Below are positions 24,650 to 38,201 of a DNA stretch of 64,000 bases, in pieces. Made by a program: the position numbers and the translations under genes. The notes beneath the pieces were generated by a model, which had not been told where the DNA came from, ran no database searches, and saw nothing but the letters and a program-made list of their open reading frames with translations. The stretch spans positions 727,650 to 791,649 of the forward strand of contig JAWQFM010000016.1 in NCBI GenBank assembly GCA_033442325.1, written 5' to 3'. Within the stretch, counting starts at the first letter, position 1, and every line of letters begins with the position of its first letter. The DNA comes from Salpingoeca rosetta. Its lineage: Eukaryota; Protista; Choanoflagellata.

Positions 24650-26290
24650 TTACAGCATGGACATGGGCTGCTGCTGTTGTTGCTGCTGTTGTTGCTGCTG
24701 TTGCTGTTGTGCCGTGGCTGTTGCGACGTGGTGGCGCATGAGCTGGTGTGCAATGGCCCCGCTCGGTGGGGTGCGCAGGCCGTCTTGGCCGCCGCTGTTC
24801 TCCAGCATCGCCTGCACCTCCGCCAGCGTGAACCATCGCGCGTCCTCAAGCTCGTTCGGGTCGACGGTGATGTCCGTGGTGGTCGCCTGCGCCACAAACC
24901 CGAGCATGAGCGAGTACGGGAACGGCCACGGCTGCGACGAGTGGTACGTGCACGCGCCCACGCGCACGCCGGCCTCCTCCTGCACCTCCCGCCGCACCGC
25001 CTCCTCCGCAGACTCGCCGTGCTCCATAAATCCGGCCAGCGCAGACCACATGCCAGGCGGGTAGCGCGACTGGCGGGCCAGCAGCGCGCTGTTGGTGGCG
25101 GGGTCGACAACAACCATGATGACGACGGGGTCCGTGCGCGGGAACCACCGGCCCGTGCACTCTGGTGCGGCCTCGCACGCAAGCTCACTGCCGCCTTTTC
25201 GCGCCACAACGCGCTTGCCACACAGCCCGCAGAACCGGTGTCGCTGTAGAAACTCAAGCAACGCCCTGTCGTTGTTTCGTGGCAAAGTAATGGGGGGAGG
25301 GAGGGACAGAGTGGGGGCAGGTGAGTGATGTGGTCTAGTTTGAAGTTGCATTCGTAAGTGGGCAGGCAACAGATGCGGTACGCTGCTACGTCTGTAACAC
25401 ACACGTACGCACACTGCATACTGCACACACAAGTACATACATACGCACACTGCACACACATACACACACACGCACAGAGTCGTACTTTGCATGGGCAGTG
25501 ATGGCTGCCTCTGTGCGTGTTGCCGTGCTCAGAGCATAGGTGCGAACATTCAGCGGAGCTGCCGCCTCGCCTGGCGACGATGAAGAAACCAGGTCAAAAT
25601 GATCACAGAGCGTGAGAGGGACGACAGCACATGCCAATCTGTAATTCCAATCAGGCTGTTCTGTATCGCTAGCAGCAGTAAAAACAACAGTTGCCACGCT
25701 CACCGAACGAGTGCTCCGCCAAAGTTTGCGGTGTAGTCGGAAATGCCCACAAAAAGTCACCCACCTCCACGTTGTCTGCATCAGCACAAGATGCACGACC
25801 GAGAGAGTGGGTGGGTGGATGTGTGTGTGTGAGTGTGTGTGAGTGTGTGTGTGTGTGTGTGTGTGTATTTGCATGAGACTGGCAGAGCGGCTGCATGTGC
25901 GCTGATGTGTGGAAGCGCAGACAGTTTAGCGTTGTGGCTGAAGCAAGGTACAAGTCGCTTGTTCTCCTCCTCACCAAGTTCAGTGGCATCCGTGACCTTG
26001 CCAAGAAGCACACAGCCCTTGTGACTGAAGTGCTTGTCGTCGCTGCTGCTGGCGGAGTTGTCCAGCAGGGCGGCAATGGCTGGGTGTTGGCGTGACAACC
26101 AGACAAGCTTTGGCACTGCTGCCGAGCTTGTGGAATTCACCACCACTTCCAGGTTCACAAAGGGAAGGAAGCGTGCACGCGCCGAGGTCAACGCCTGCTC
26201 CAAGAACGCTGCATCTCCACGCTCGTTGTTGCACCTGTCCACAGCCAGCGATGCGCCACTGAACACGTTGTGCACCGCACGGTCCGTCAT
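24650..26290 (-). CDS. NADH pyrophosphatase (NudC/NUDT12-NUDT13 family Nudix hydrolase)
   Basis: Zn ribbon FCGLCG...LAC...C..RWFPRTDP, Nudix box AGFMEHGESAEEAVRREVQEEAG, signature SQPWPFP.SLMLGF, ELEDARWF. N-terminal NVFSG..VDRCNNER. Confidence 0.93.
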
Positions 26291-26745
26291 GGTTGTTGTT
26301 GTCGTTGTTGCGCACAACTTGCCGCCGTACTTGTGCTGTCGTGTACTTTGGCGGGAAAACTTTTGAAATGCGGATGTTCAGTGTGATGATGACATGAGAT
26401 TTGTTTGTCTGTTTGTGTTTGTGTTTGCCCCTGCCCTCGCTCACCATGTGCGTGTGCGCGCGCGCGTGTGTGTTTGTGCGTTGGCACATCATGTCATGTC
26501 ACTCACCCGGTCTTCTCTCTTCCCCTCTCCCTGTATGTTTCGGTTCTGTTGCATCCACTGCCTTTGCATTGACCTATTGACTACGACCACCACTGCGACG
26601 ACGGTTGTTCTTGGTTGTGTTGCTGCGCGTTGCTGGTGCGATCAGGTTCACTGCCACCACACACGGCGTCTGTGACGCAGGCGTGTACCGCCAGCACGAC
26701 GCGCTTTTGCTTGTTGTTCTTTGCTTCCATTGCTGATTGAGCAGC

Positions 26746-28843
26746 ATGGCCACGGTTGCGAGGTCAGAAGAAGGCGTGCCGGCAGCAGCGACGCCACCTC
26801 GCACACCAGGGCGACCAACTTCAGCTTGGCCAGCCTTGAAGCACCGCATCACCAAAGTGAGCTTCGCAACAATCCCGCGCAATGTGTGTGTGTGTGTGCG
26901 TGTGTGTGCGTGCGTGTGTGTGTGTCTGTGGGTATCCGTCTGTGTTTGTCCGGCTGTGTCTGTTTGTCTGTGTTTGTCTGTGTGTCTGTGGGTATCCATC
27001 TGTGTTTATCCGTCTGTCTGTTTGTCTCTGTTTGTGTGTGTGTCTGTGTATTTGTGTGTGTGTCTGTTGTTTTGTATGCTCCTCTGTGTGCTCCTCTGTG
27101 TGCTCCTCTGTGTGTCTGTGTATTTGTGTGTGTGTCTGTTGTTTTGTATGCTCCTCTGTGTGTCCCTCTGTGTGTTCTGAACTCTTTGCCGCGTGCGTGT
27201 GCGTGATGAACCGATGCTGCAACCATTGGTGCTCAAACCTTTTGCTCCACAGCTTGCCCAACAGGCCTCGAACACCAACTGTGCGCTTGAATCACAGCGT
27301 CGGCGCCTCTTCGATACCCACCAAGACCTGCGCCAACAGCAAGAAGCAAACACAGTACGCTTGCCACTGTGTACGTGTGCGCATGTGTGGTTGAGACAAT
27401 GGCATACGGTCATGCGGTGCTGCACACATGAGTGGAGTGTACTCGTGTACTCTGATCATCGTGCACAGGAGTTGATCGCAAGAGAATGCGAAACAAATCT
27501 AGCACGTGGCTGTGCTCTGAGATTCCACAATTGCACTCACCACTTGCGGCTGGACTCTGCCATGGACCTCGAAGGAGCTTCGACAGCGGGTCGCACAGCT
27601 CGAGTACGCCCTGCAGTCTCGCGAACACCAGCACGAGGTGCAACTGGAAGAATACAGACAGGAGCTGGCGCACACTCAGCTGCAACATGAAGGCATCGTG
27701 CAATGCCTCGGCAAGAAGCTGGAGGATGCCATCGCTTCTGCCACGCAGCTCGAAGCGCAACAGGTGTGCAGCTTTTCCAACCCCCATCATTGATGCCCTG
27801 TCTGACTTGATGCCTTCGCCGTGAGCATTGACAGTCATGGTTGTTGTCGTTTCTTTGCTTGCCTTTGTTGGATGACTTCTCTTCTTCCGCGCACGCTTGC
27901 GCACTTGTTTCTGCACATACGTCTGCGCTTGTACCTGCGCTTTCTTCTGCGCATGTATTTAGGTGTGCTTTCGTGCCACCTTCCCTCTCCCCTTCGCCGT
28001 GAGTCACGACACCTCTCAAAGCATGTCCTTTGTCCGCCACCATCATCCCTTTCATCAGGTTGTCTGGGAGGAAGCTCAAGCACAGCAACAGCAACAAACG
28101 CAGCGCATGGCGACGCAACTGGAGGTATTGAGTGCACAAGTTCAGCACGCAACAGCCAGATGTGTGTGAGTGTGCGTGCGTGTGTGCGTGAAAGAAGGGA
28201 GGACAGTACTGTGCTTAATGACCCAAGGGGTTTCCTTGATGTCTGTAGTGGCATTGCAACGCTGCTGGCTGTCTGGTGGGCTCAATCACAACCAACCGTG
28301 TCCACATGATGATGGTTGGCTAGGCGTCTGTCACGGCGAGGGCGGAGGCGCGCGATGAGTTCATGCGGGTGAAGAGCGACCTTGAACATGTCCACCAGCA
28401 GCTCGAGGCCCTCACGGCCGTCAAAGATCAAGTGAGGCTGTGCAAGCGTGCTTGTGTGTGCATGCGCATTCAACCGTGCAAGCTTGCGCGAGCTTGCGTG
28501 CAAGTGCCATGACACTGTGTCAGTGCGAGCAAACTCGTCTGCCTGCCCACGCTTTCCTCTAATGTGTTGAGAAATGCACCAGTGGCGGCATACCGCTGCC
28601 CCTCACACCTCGTGGTCGCATAACCATGTCATGTGTTTGCAGTTGCTCGATGACGACACTCGGCTCGGGGACGCTCTTGCCGAGTTGCAGCACCGCTGGA
28701 AACAGCAGCGTCTGCAGCAGAAACAGCAGCAAGACACAACGACCTCAAATGATGCCACAGGCACCTCCAAACCGCCGCAACCGCCCACAGATTCGCTCAA
28801 GCTTCTCCAGCATGAGGTTGGTCTGCGTGCGTGTGTATTGTTG

Positions 28844-28896
<53 letters not shown>

Positions 28897-28939
28897 GCAG
28901 GTGCGCGCGTGCATTGCCGGGGGTGCGTGTTGAATGGAC

Positions 28940-29007
<68 letters not shown>

Positions 29008-30940
29008 CACAAAACGGTGTGTGTCGGTGCCTCAAACGTGATTGTATCATCTGCACCACTTTGAATGCTTGCTGCTCATGCCCACATCTTGTGCGATGAT
29101 CAGCTTGAGGAACGAACGCAAGAGCTGCAAGAAGCGCAGGAGAAACTGCACTCTGCTCAGCAGCAACTGGACTACAGCAACAGCGCCATGCAGCAGGTGC
29201 GTGTGCTGAGAGCAAGGCAACTTCCTTTTGACACAAACGCTAACGCCGCCGCCGCTGCCGCTGCTGCTCGGCTGTTGCGCCTGTATTTCCGCTTGATATG
29301 AATGGATGTGGCCTGAATGCATTAACAACCCCCCCCCCCCTGCCTTGCGTGAACTCAACCTGGCTTGCTCTGAGTTGAACAGTGGATTCAAGAGCAAGAG
29401 TCGTTTTTCAGGGAGAAGGAGCACACGTTGCACCGTCAGGCTGAGCTTGAGGAGGAAAGCGACACTCTCAAGCAGACAATCAACCAGCTCAAAGCCGAAG
29501 TGGCCCAATCAGCGTGAGTACTGCTGTGCACACCACTCCATTTATTGATTTACACGTTCACACACGACACGGGCGCGCACCTGCAACGCTGAGCACAACA
29601 CCTTCACGATGAGTACACAACCGTGTTCCGTCGTCACCCTTCCCCCTCCCCCTGGCTTGTGCTGCTGCTGCTGTGTGCAGGGTGAGTGTGTCCGCATTGG
29701 AGGAGGAGCTCGCGCGTGTGCGAGAGGTGGAAGCTGCATCCCGCGAACAGGCGAAGCAGGAGCTGGCACAGCGCCAACAGGAGGCCGCAGCTTACACGGC
29801 AGAATGCGAGGAGCTACGCAGCCAACTCGCAGGTAACACAACACCGCACACCGCGCACTGCTGCATGTTGCGTTGTGTGTTTGAAATCATATGTGAACCG
29901 GTATCTGCTCTCGCTTGCTTGAGCACACTCGTAGACCTTCTCACATGTATGCACCGCGACCTCTGCACGCGACAACGTGTCAGTGCTGGAAAACACCTTG
30001 GCTGAGCAGCGTGCGCTGGCATCACACGAAACACAGGAGGCGAAACGACGCCTACAGCAAGCGCAAGAACAAACAACAAACGTGGAGGTATTGTGTGTTA
30101 AATCTCTCGCATCTAAAGGTCACCAGGAACCGACTGCTTCTTCAATTTCGCACACACGCACACACACACACACGCAAGCTCTCACAAGTGCATTATCTGA
30201 CAAAACACCAGCACCTTCACATCAACCACACTTCGCAATAACCCCCGTGACTGCTGCTTGTAGGAACTCGAATCCATCATCTCCGACTTGTCCACCGCGC
30301 TCAAGGAGAAGCACATCAGGTGTGTACATGCATGTGTGCTCTCGTGTGTGTTCGTGTGCTGTTTGCACATGTGTGTGATCCACTCTGCTGATGCGGTGTT
30401 TATGTGTACTGTTGTGGGTCATGAATGACGCCTGTCGCCATCAGGGTACAGCAGCTGGAAGGAAAACTGGCGCGTGTCTCCTGTACAGAGGCGCTGCAGC
30501 AACAACTACATGACGAGGTTCGATATGCCCCTACGCTCGCATGCGTTCATCCACTTAGGGCGGTGGATAGATTGCGCGTGAACACGCTTTCGAGTGCTTG
30601 CTACATCCACGCCACCGCCTGCTCTCAACATACTTTGCATTGAAGCTCGAGGGTCCTTCCTTGCTGCCATGCGTTTCTGGCTGCCTTGGTTGCATATTGC
30701 TGCTGCTACCACTTGGCAGGTTGCCTCCAAGGACGCACACGTGAAGGAACTACACGAGCAGCTGCACCAGCTCAAGTTTGAGTTCAGGTCTTGCAGATCA
30801 AAGCTAAAAGCAAAGGAGGTGCGTGATTATGTGCGCTTGCTGTGCCGGTGTTGCGGGTGTATTTTGCGTGTGTGTGCGTGATTGTGTGTGTGGGGGGGGG
30901 GAGGGTGTACGCGCTTTGTGTGCGTGATTGAGTGCGTGCG

Positions 30941-30982
<42 letters not shown>

Positions 30983-31581
30983 CTTTGCTTGTGTGTGGGT
31001 GTGTCTTTTTCAGACTGCATCCAGTGGTGTGATCATCCAGCAGCACATTTGATGCAATCACACCTTCCTCCGCCACCGCATTGCTTCTCATGCTGGTGTT
31101 TCTTGTTTCAGGAGGCGGTGGGCCGACTGCTGCGCCGCTGCGAGCGCCTGGAACAGAAACTGCAATCGAACCATGCCGAATGGAAGGCCAAATATGAGGA
31201 GGTGGGTGCTGCACAGTGAGTGACACACGGTGATGGCCGTGACCAGTCAAGGTCGCAAGGACGAGGCGTCCCCATCGCCGTGTCGTGCCAGTCGTCGTGT
31301 CCGAGACTTCCTGTCGCATGTGTGATTTGTTTACTCAACATCTACGCGCTGCTTTGTCTGTGCTATGGGCAGGTCGTGCAGCGGGCAATCAATGCTGAAG
31401 GACTGCTGCGCTTCAAGGTGGTCACGATGCCGGGTGGGGGCCGAGAGTTACCCTGTCGCATTGTCTGCTGTCATTTTTCCTCGGCGACAATGAAGCATGC
31501 AATTCTCACGCGAGGGTATGTTGTGATTTGTCACAGGAACAAGCGGAGGCCGAAGTTCGCAACCAGGAAACGTCAGCGTAA
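26746..31581 (+). CDS. Long coiled-coil protein of unknown family, multi-exon
   Basis: Series of GT-AG exons with heptad E/Q/L/K/R-rich sequence (ELRQRVAQLEYALQ..., LEERTQELQEAQEKL, VSALEEELARVREVE, EAVGRLLRRCERLEQKL). Probable stop after EQAEAEVRNQETSA. 5' end uncertain. Confidence 0.6.
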
Positions 31582-31896
31582 GGGCGCGACATGGCCTACA
31601 CCTGCCGTTGGCACCCCTTCGGACGTATTCCAACCGCTGCCACTCGAGCGAATTCCACGCGTGAACACACGTTTGTGGCGATCGCACATACTTTGCCCTC
31701 CCCCCTTTTGCATCCTCATGTATTGTTCGCCACCCAAGCACATAGTACATATGACCCCGCAAACACCCAAGCACATTCATTCCCACGCTGCTCCTTGCCC
31801 GTGCTGCCCGCGGTACTGTGCATCCACCACAGAATCCCAGCGTTTCCGAGCAAGCCGCCGCCGTCATCATCCAAGGGCCAACAGCAGCACACGCCA

Positions 31897-33782
31897 ATGG
31901 CCCGCTCGAGAAAAGGTGAAGAAACGGGTGTTTTGTGGTTCATGCATGTAAGGAGGAGAAGACAGGCAAGACAACCAAAAGCGTGCTCACACAATCAAAC
32001 AAACAAACAAACGCATATGTACAAACACACACACGCACACACACACGCACGCACACACACACATGTTGCACGTTCATGTTGCACGCTCGTGTCACGTTGT
32101 GTGTGTGTGTATGTGTTTCAAACGCCTCACACTCGTGCGCACCGGCTGTTTCTGCTGCAAACTGGTTCAGGGCGCCCGCGTGTGCGCGCAGCCATGAAGA
32201 AGGTGCGCAAGACGCTGCTTCGCGATGTGGACGGAGCCAGGGTCCACGAGCCAAACCACCCGCATGCTAGTGACCGCGAAGATGTGCCCGCCGATGCAGG
32301 CACGTCGTTGGAGAGCGGAGAAAAAGCAACAGTGGAAAAGGAGAAGGAGCAGTCAGCAGCAGCAGACACAACAACAACTGCGGCGGCAGCAGACACAACA
32401 GAAGCAGCACAGGCAGCAACATCCGGTGCAGAAGCAGTCACAGCAGGTGAAGGGGACAAAGGCAACCCGTCACCGAAGAGAAGGAAGACAGTTGAATTGC
32501 CGCCACGAGAAAATGGCAGCAATAACCAAGAGGCAAAGTCGCCCACGATTGGGCAAGGCCAGCAGCAACGCTCCTGTCATCAAGCACAGCAAGAACTGCA
32601 CGAGAGCAGCTGGTCAGTGGTTGTTGAGGAGGATGACATCAGCAGCAAAGAAGGCCTCCGATCCATCCTCAAGCAGTCATGCAACAACAGCAACAATCGC
32701 GGTCATAGCGATGACAGCTCCAAGCGCGTCTCGTTTGCTCGCACGCGTGGGGTGACACCGTTCTCCGCGCACATGTCGCCGTCAACCGTGCGTGGTACCT
32801 CCGAAACCCGAGAACAACTCAGCGGCGTCAGCCACGCCAGCGCCACCAGTACGTCTGCTGATAGCAACAGCACCAGCAGCACTGGTAGCGCCAGCAGCAG
32901 TCTGCGTGAAGCGGTGCCCGCTGTTAAATCCACAACGACCCGAGGACAGCCACCACACACGCACGCGACACGTAGCAACACCACCACAGGTGGTGCCTCA
33001 GAAACGGGCACAGCTCTGCAAGAAGATACACGCGCTGGTCCCGACACAAGCAGCAAGACGAGTAGGATGCAGGAGCGTCACAGTGGCGACGAGAGCATTG
33101 GAGGGCGGCAAGAAGAAGCTGAAGACATCCGAGAACAGCAATTGTACGGAGCTGAAAATGAGCGACAGGAGTCGAAGGCACTTGAAGCAAACAGCCAAGG
33201 CGTGGAAGGTGAACAACAGCAACAGCAGCAACAGAACCAGCAACGTCGAGAGCAAGAAAGTTCCCGTGCCACACCTCGAGAAACGAAAAGTTGCAGGAAC
33301 CCTGAGATGCGGGACGATCATGCAGCGCTGGACGAGGAGATGAAGGATATGGAGAAGAAGAAGGTGAAAACACAGAAGAACAGCAAGCAGTCGCCAGAAG
33401 CTGTGCAGGGAACGCAGCAGTTGCCACCTGATCGTCATCGGCAGGATGACAGCAAGCGGGAGTGTGCAGCCCGGGGAGGAGTGCGCCTACAGACGAGCGA
33501 TGGCGAGAAGCATCTGCTCGAGCCGTGGGATGTTGATAAGATTGAGCCCGCGGGGGACAAAAGCAGTGACGCTGAGGATGACGCAATACACGAAGATGTG
33601 CCTTCACCACAAGAACGCGCCATGGAAGATCAAGAGAATCAGGTGGGTTGGGTTCGCTTTGCGCGGTGGTTGAACCGACCTGCAGCACGTCACATCACAC
33701 CACACCACATCACATCACACTGCTTTCGTTCCAGCAACTCATTCGCTTTGCTCGCTTGCGCGGTCCCATGTATGTGCATGTA

Positions 33783-33874
<92 letters not shown>

Positions 33875-34565
33875 GAATCCGGCTTCACAGAATAACTTGG
33901 AAGCAAGCATTCAGATCATCCATTTTGCAGAGAGTGTACGTGGCTCAATGTTCCTGAGCAAGGGCGGAGTGTGTGCGTGAGTGTGAGTGTGTGTGTTTGA
34001 GTGAGTGTGTGAGTGTGTGTGTGTTTGAGTGAGTGAGTGTGTGACCGCTCCAATGCTTGGCGTGTTGCATGAGCCTGTATCCCGTCTTTGATCACCGAAA
34101 GCCTCTCTTCTTCCCTTGGGGCCCCTTGGTTAATTTGTGCAGAAGAGACTCCGCAACTACCTTCGCCGGCGCTTCCCGGAGTGCATCCCTGCTGACGGCA
34201 CCACAGACTTTTCGTTCAGGGTGAGCCACAGCGGCGACAAGACAGTCTGTCATCATTGTGCTGCTGCTGCTGCTGCTGCGTGGTACTCCATGTGCATTGC
34301 GTTCTGTTGTTCCCTGCAGCGTCTCCATGCAACCCGATGTCTAGCACAGTGAGTGCAGGGGTCCCCTGGTCATACGCACATCACACAAATCACACATGCG
34401 CGCACACGCACACATCATGTGCAGGAGTTCTTTGTGAGCATGCAGGGCGCAGAGAGAACGATGCTCCAGCATCTGCAGACACGCGCGGGTCAGCACGACG
34501 GAGCTGTCACACCAGCCATCATGGAGAGCAGTGTGGCCGACAGCAGTGCACAACAGGCGGAGTGA
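31897..34565 (+). CDS. Disordered nuclear protein with SILK and RVSF PP1-docking motifs
   Basis: Large low-complexity exon ~32171-33642 with PSPKRRKT (NLS/CDK site), RSILKQ (32662-32673) and KRVSFA (32722-32739). Small C-terminal exons NNLEASIQIIHFAE|KRLRNYLRRRFPEC...|EFFVSMQGAERTMLQHL...AE*. Confidence 0.6.
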
Positions 34566-34742
34566 ACCGCTTGCTTGCTCTCGGTGGCATGAGCCGTTGA
34601 AGTTTGCTTGGCTTCGTTTCGTGTGAGTATTTGGTGATGGACGCTGAACTGAACCAGAAAAACCGATTGGCAAGCGATTGATTGATTGTCATCCTTCAAG
34701 CGCGCTTGCTTGTCAGGAGTGTTTATTGAAGGTCGGTCTGTG

Positions 34743-34826
<84 letters not shown>

Positions 34827-34868
34827 CATGCAGCGCATGAGAAAATAAAGGTTGGTTTTTCCGCGAAA

Positions 34869-35473
34869 TTAGCGACGTGTGGATGAGGAGGAGGTGGAGA
34901 ACGAGGAGGCAGCCGGACCCTCGTCGGCTCTGCTATTGCTGCTGGCGCTGGCGGGGGTGTTCGTAGTGGTGGCGGTGGTGATGGTGGTGGTGGTTGTTCT
35001 GATGGTGGTTGTGCGGGGGGTGGTGGTGGTGGTTGCGGCAGCAGGCCCACCGTCGTCGGGGGAGGACGATGCAGGTGTGTTCTGAGGCGGTGGTGGCTGT
35101 ACACCAAGTCTGGCTGCAGGCGCTGCAGTGCTTCTCTGCCAAGACGGCAGTTCCAGCTGTGGTGGTGTCGGTGGTGGCAGCGGCAAAGGCTGGCCCAGCC
35201 TCTTTTGCCTGTCTCTCTGTCCTCGCGTTATGGCCTGCCGCAGGCGCCTCTGCCTGCGCCGGAAGTCGCGGCAGCCCCGGCACCCGCCGTGCTGCGTGGG
35301 CCTGTCCGTCACCTGATGGAATGCGCACGTGAGGCCTCAGCAGCGGCAGGACACGAAACAGGAGTGCAGCTCCACACAGTGCTCCGATGCACGGCAACGC
35401 TTGCACATGTAAGCACACAAGCACACACACACACAACCGTACAACCGTCCAGCATATTGCATACATGTACAGC

Positions 35474-35504
<31 letters not shown>

Positions 35505-37400
35505 ACACACACACACACAGCACACGAACAACAACGCTTGCGCGCAAATGAATATTCATGTATATATACGCACGTACAACACACAGAGCTCACCGGCCTC
35601 CAGTTCATGAAGTAATCCCACGGGAGGGGGATACCCCGCTCGTCCGCGTATGTGCCGATGATTGCGAAGAACACGAACACCGGCGTTCCATCTGGTTCAG
35701 TGACCTCCACAAAGCCACGGGCTCGGACGGTTGCCATGTTACGGGCAACATGCTCGACCGCAAGGCGATGCACCTGGCAGGAGAGCGCATTGAACAGTGG
35801 AAGGCGGGAAGCGCAGAGTTGAAAATGTGGTCAAAGTCAGAAGCAAAGCAAGGCGCCAAGTACCTTTTTCAACAACAGCAGCAATGCAGAGGACAAGCGT
35901 GCATCGAAACGCACTGGCTTACTAGAACCACAACAGTCAAAATGTGCCTTACACCACGATCATACCTCTGGCGATCTAAACGCTGTGACTGAGGACTTGC
36001 GATTGACCAAGATTACTAAGCCTCTTGCGCTCTCAGGATGTTCTTCTGGTACCATTGCTCCCATTATCCCTAAGAGCACCTCTTCGTATTCGTCTGGCTG
36101 TGTCGGATGGTCAGTGCGTCAGTGTGAGTTGCTGGTGGAGTTCAGGTGTCCAGGCGCTACCGCACATGTGCCCTCAACACAGGTCGCTCGCATATACGTC
36201 AGAACACATGAACAAACCTCGCAGATACTACATAACACACGCATACACTCGTTGCCACATTAACTCATTCACTCTTCTGAATCGTGTTCATCCTTGCCAT
36301 ATACACATACACACACTTACTCCCTCGCTCCCTCACTCCCTCGCACACACAATACACTCACTCTCAGTACATATACACACACCACACTACACTCACTCTA
36401 AGTACACACACACACACACACGCACGCATGAGAAGTTTGAACACACCCCTATTTCGTCCATGACTGCGGCGGCCAAAAACTCAGGGGTGACGGCAATGAG
36501 CCGGTGGCTGCCGTACACGCACGCGTTCCAGAGCGGTATTGTTGTCTAATGTACCAACACAGGCAAACACATCATGAATATGTGGCGGTGAGGAATGGCG
36601 TGCAGGCTTGTGACAACGACGGAGAGGCAGGGAGGTGGTACATGGACTTGACAGGTTGCTCATGCTTAAGTGTGTGTGTGTGTGGTTGCATGCGTGTTTG
36701 CAGGTACAGCTGCATGCGGCAGTCAATAGCCCTCAGACGACCACTGCCTGACAGCGCAAGTGTAAAGACAAATCACCTCTTGTGCTCGGCCAAACTCCCA
36801 AACTACCACAACAGAACCGCCAGAATAAACAAAACAACGGTGTTGGGATGCGACACCATGGCGCATTTTTTCGCGAAGGAACGCCAACTGTGCATTCGTT
36901 CTGGCTGACCTTTGGCCACTCGGCAGGACGAGTGATCAGACGTAGCACCAGTTCTCCCGGGTGCATGCCTGTAATGCCCTTTGCGGAAGGGAGTGCACAC
37001 AAGATGGAAACAACATGGTGAGCTCACCAAGACAGTGGGCTTTGGGCCACACCACAGACGGCGCAACGGCCCACAACGTCTGTGCGGAGATCCAACACAT
37101 GCAACAGCAAGCACACCATCGCCTACAGACTCACTTGGGTGAGTAGCAAGTGCAGGGGCGACAGCCCTGAGTCTGGAGCGTCCATGACGCTCCGACGCTT
37201 GTCTATCGAAGGGTACAAACTCGCTGAGCAGACCAAACAGACGAACCACTCCACAGGAGGTAACAGGAAGAATGACCATCTTGGCGGCTGCGCTCCCACA
37301 AGCTCACTCAACCTACCACTGAGGGGATGCGTTTGCATCAAACCGAAGAGCAAACAAACCCTCGGTCTTCCAAAGAGAACCACACACGATGTACGCCAAC
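34869..37400 (-). CDS. Hypothetical multi-exon orphan gene
   Basis: Clean GT-AG exon 35773-35594 (VHRLAVEHVARN...PWDYFMNWRP), phase-compatible last exon 35312-34869, and plausible upstream exons at ~36000-36100, 36450-36545 and 36910-37400. No recognisable domain. Confidence 0.4.
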
Positions 37401-37822
37401 TGAAGAACAAACCACTCACATACACACTCAAGCCGTAACCGCACCGTGAACAAGAGCAAGGCCCTGGAAGAAGAAGGCCCGTCACATCACATCACATCAC
37501 ATCACATCACATCACTTGTGTGGCTGTGCGTCACATGAACGGCTACTTGTGGCGAGCCAGTGTTGAGAGAGGGGTGGGAAGCCGGATGGCTTGATCTGAA
37601 TGCCTTTCATCACAAGTCAGCGGGGATGGTGCGTGGTGGCCGACGGTGTGTGTGCACGAGACGCACGAGGCGCAGGAACAACCGCACCACCATCACCACC
37701 ATCACCGCTGTCCTGGTTGGCAAGAAAATTCATGAACATTTTACTGTAACTTTCTACAATCACGACCTGGTTTGTTTGTTTGTTGTGGTTGGCGACGAAA
37801 AAACCGCCAGGACACACACACG

Positions 37823-38064
37823 ATGCCACGACCGCCAGCAGCTGCACAACGCGCTGGCAGTGCAAGCACAAAGAGCACGAGAAGCACAAAGAGCAGGAGA
37901 GAGCTCGCAACAGGAGCAAGTAGCAGTGAACGTGTACGTGGTCGCCGTCAACACCGATCTGAACCGCGCAAGGAGGAAGCAAAGAAGCCTCATCGTCAGC
38001 AACAGCGCCCGCCGTACGTGAACATATGTGTGTGCGTGTGCGTGTGTGTGTGTGTTTCTGTCTC

Positions 38065-38121
<57 letters not shown>

Positions 38122-38136
38122 GTCTCTCTCTGTCTC

Positions 38137-38201
<65 letters not shown>

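Noticed and set aside
26920-27180. Short tandem repeats (ctcctctgtgtg; ~70-bp duplication)
   Set aside because: Intronic slippage derivatives of GT microsatellites with no coding or structural signal.
31591-33876. 761-aa single-exon ORF, or a direct KNL1/RIF1 orthologue call
   Set aside because: Both ends of the ORF run through intron-like sequence, and no MELT, RWD or HEAT domains are seen to justify a gene symbol.
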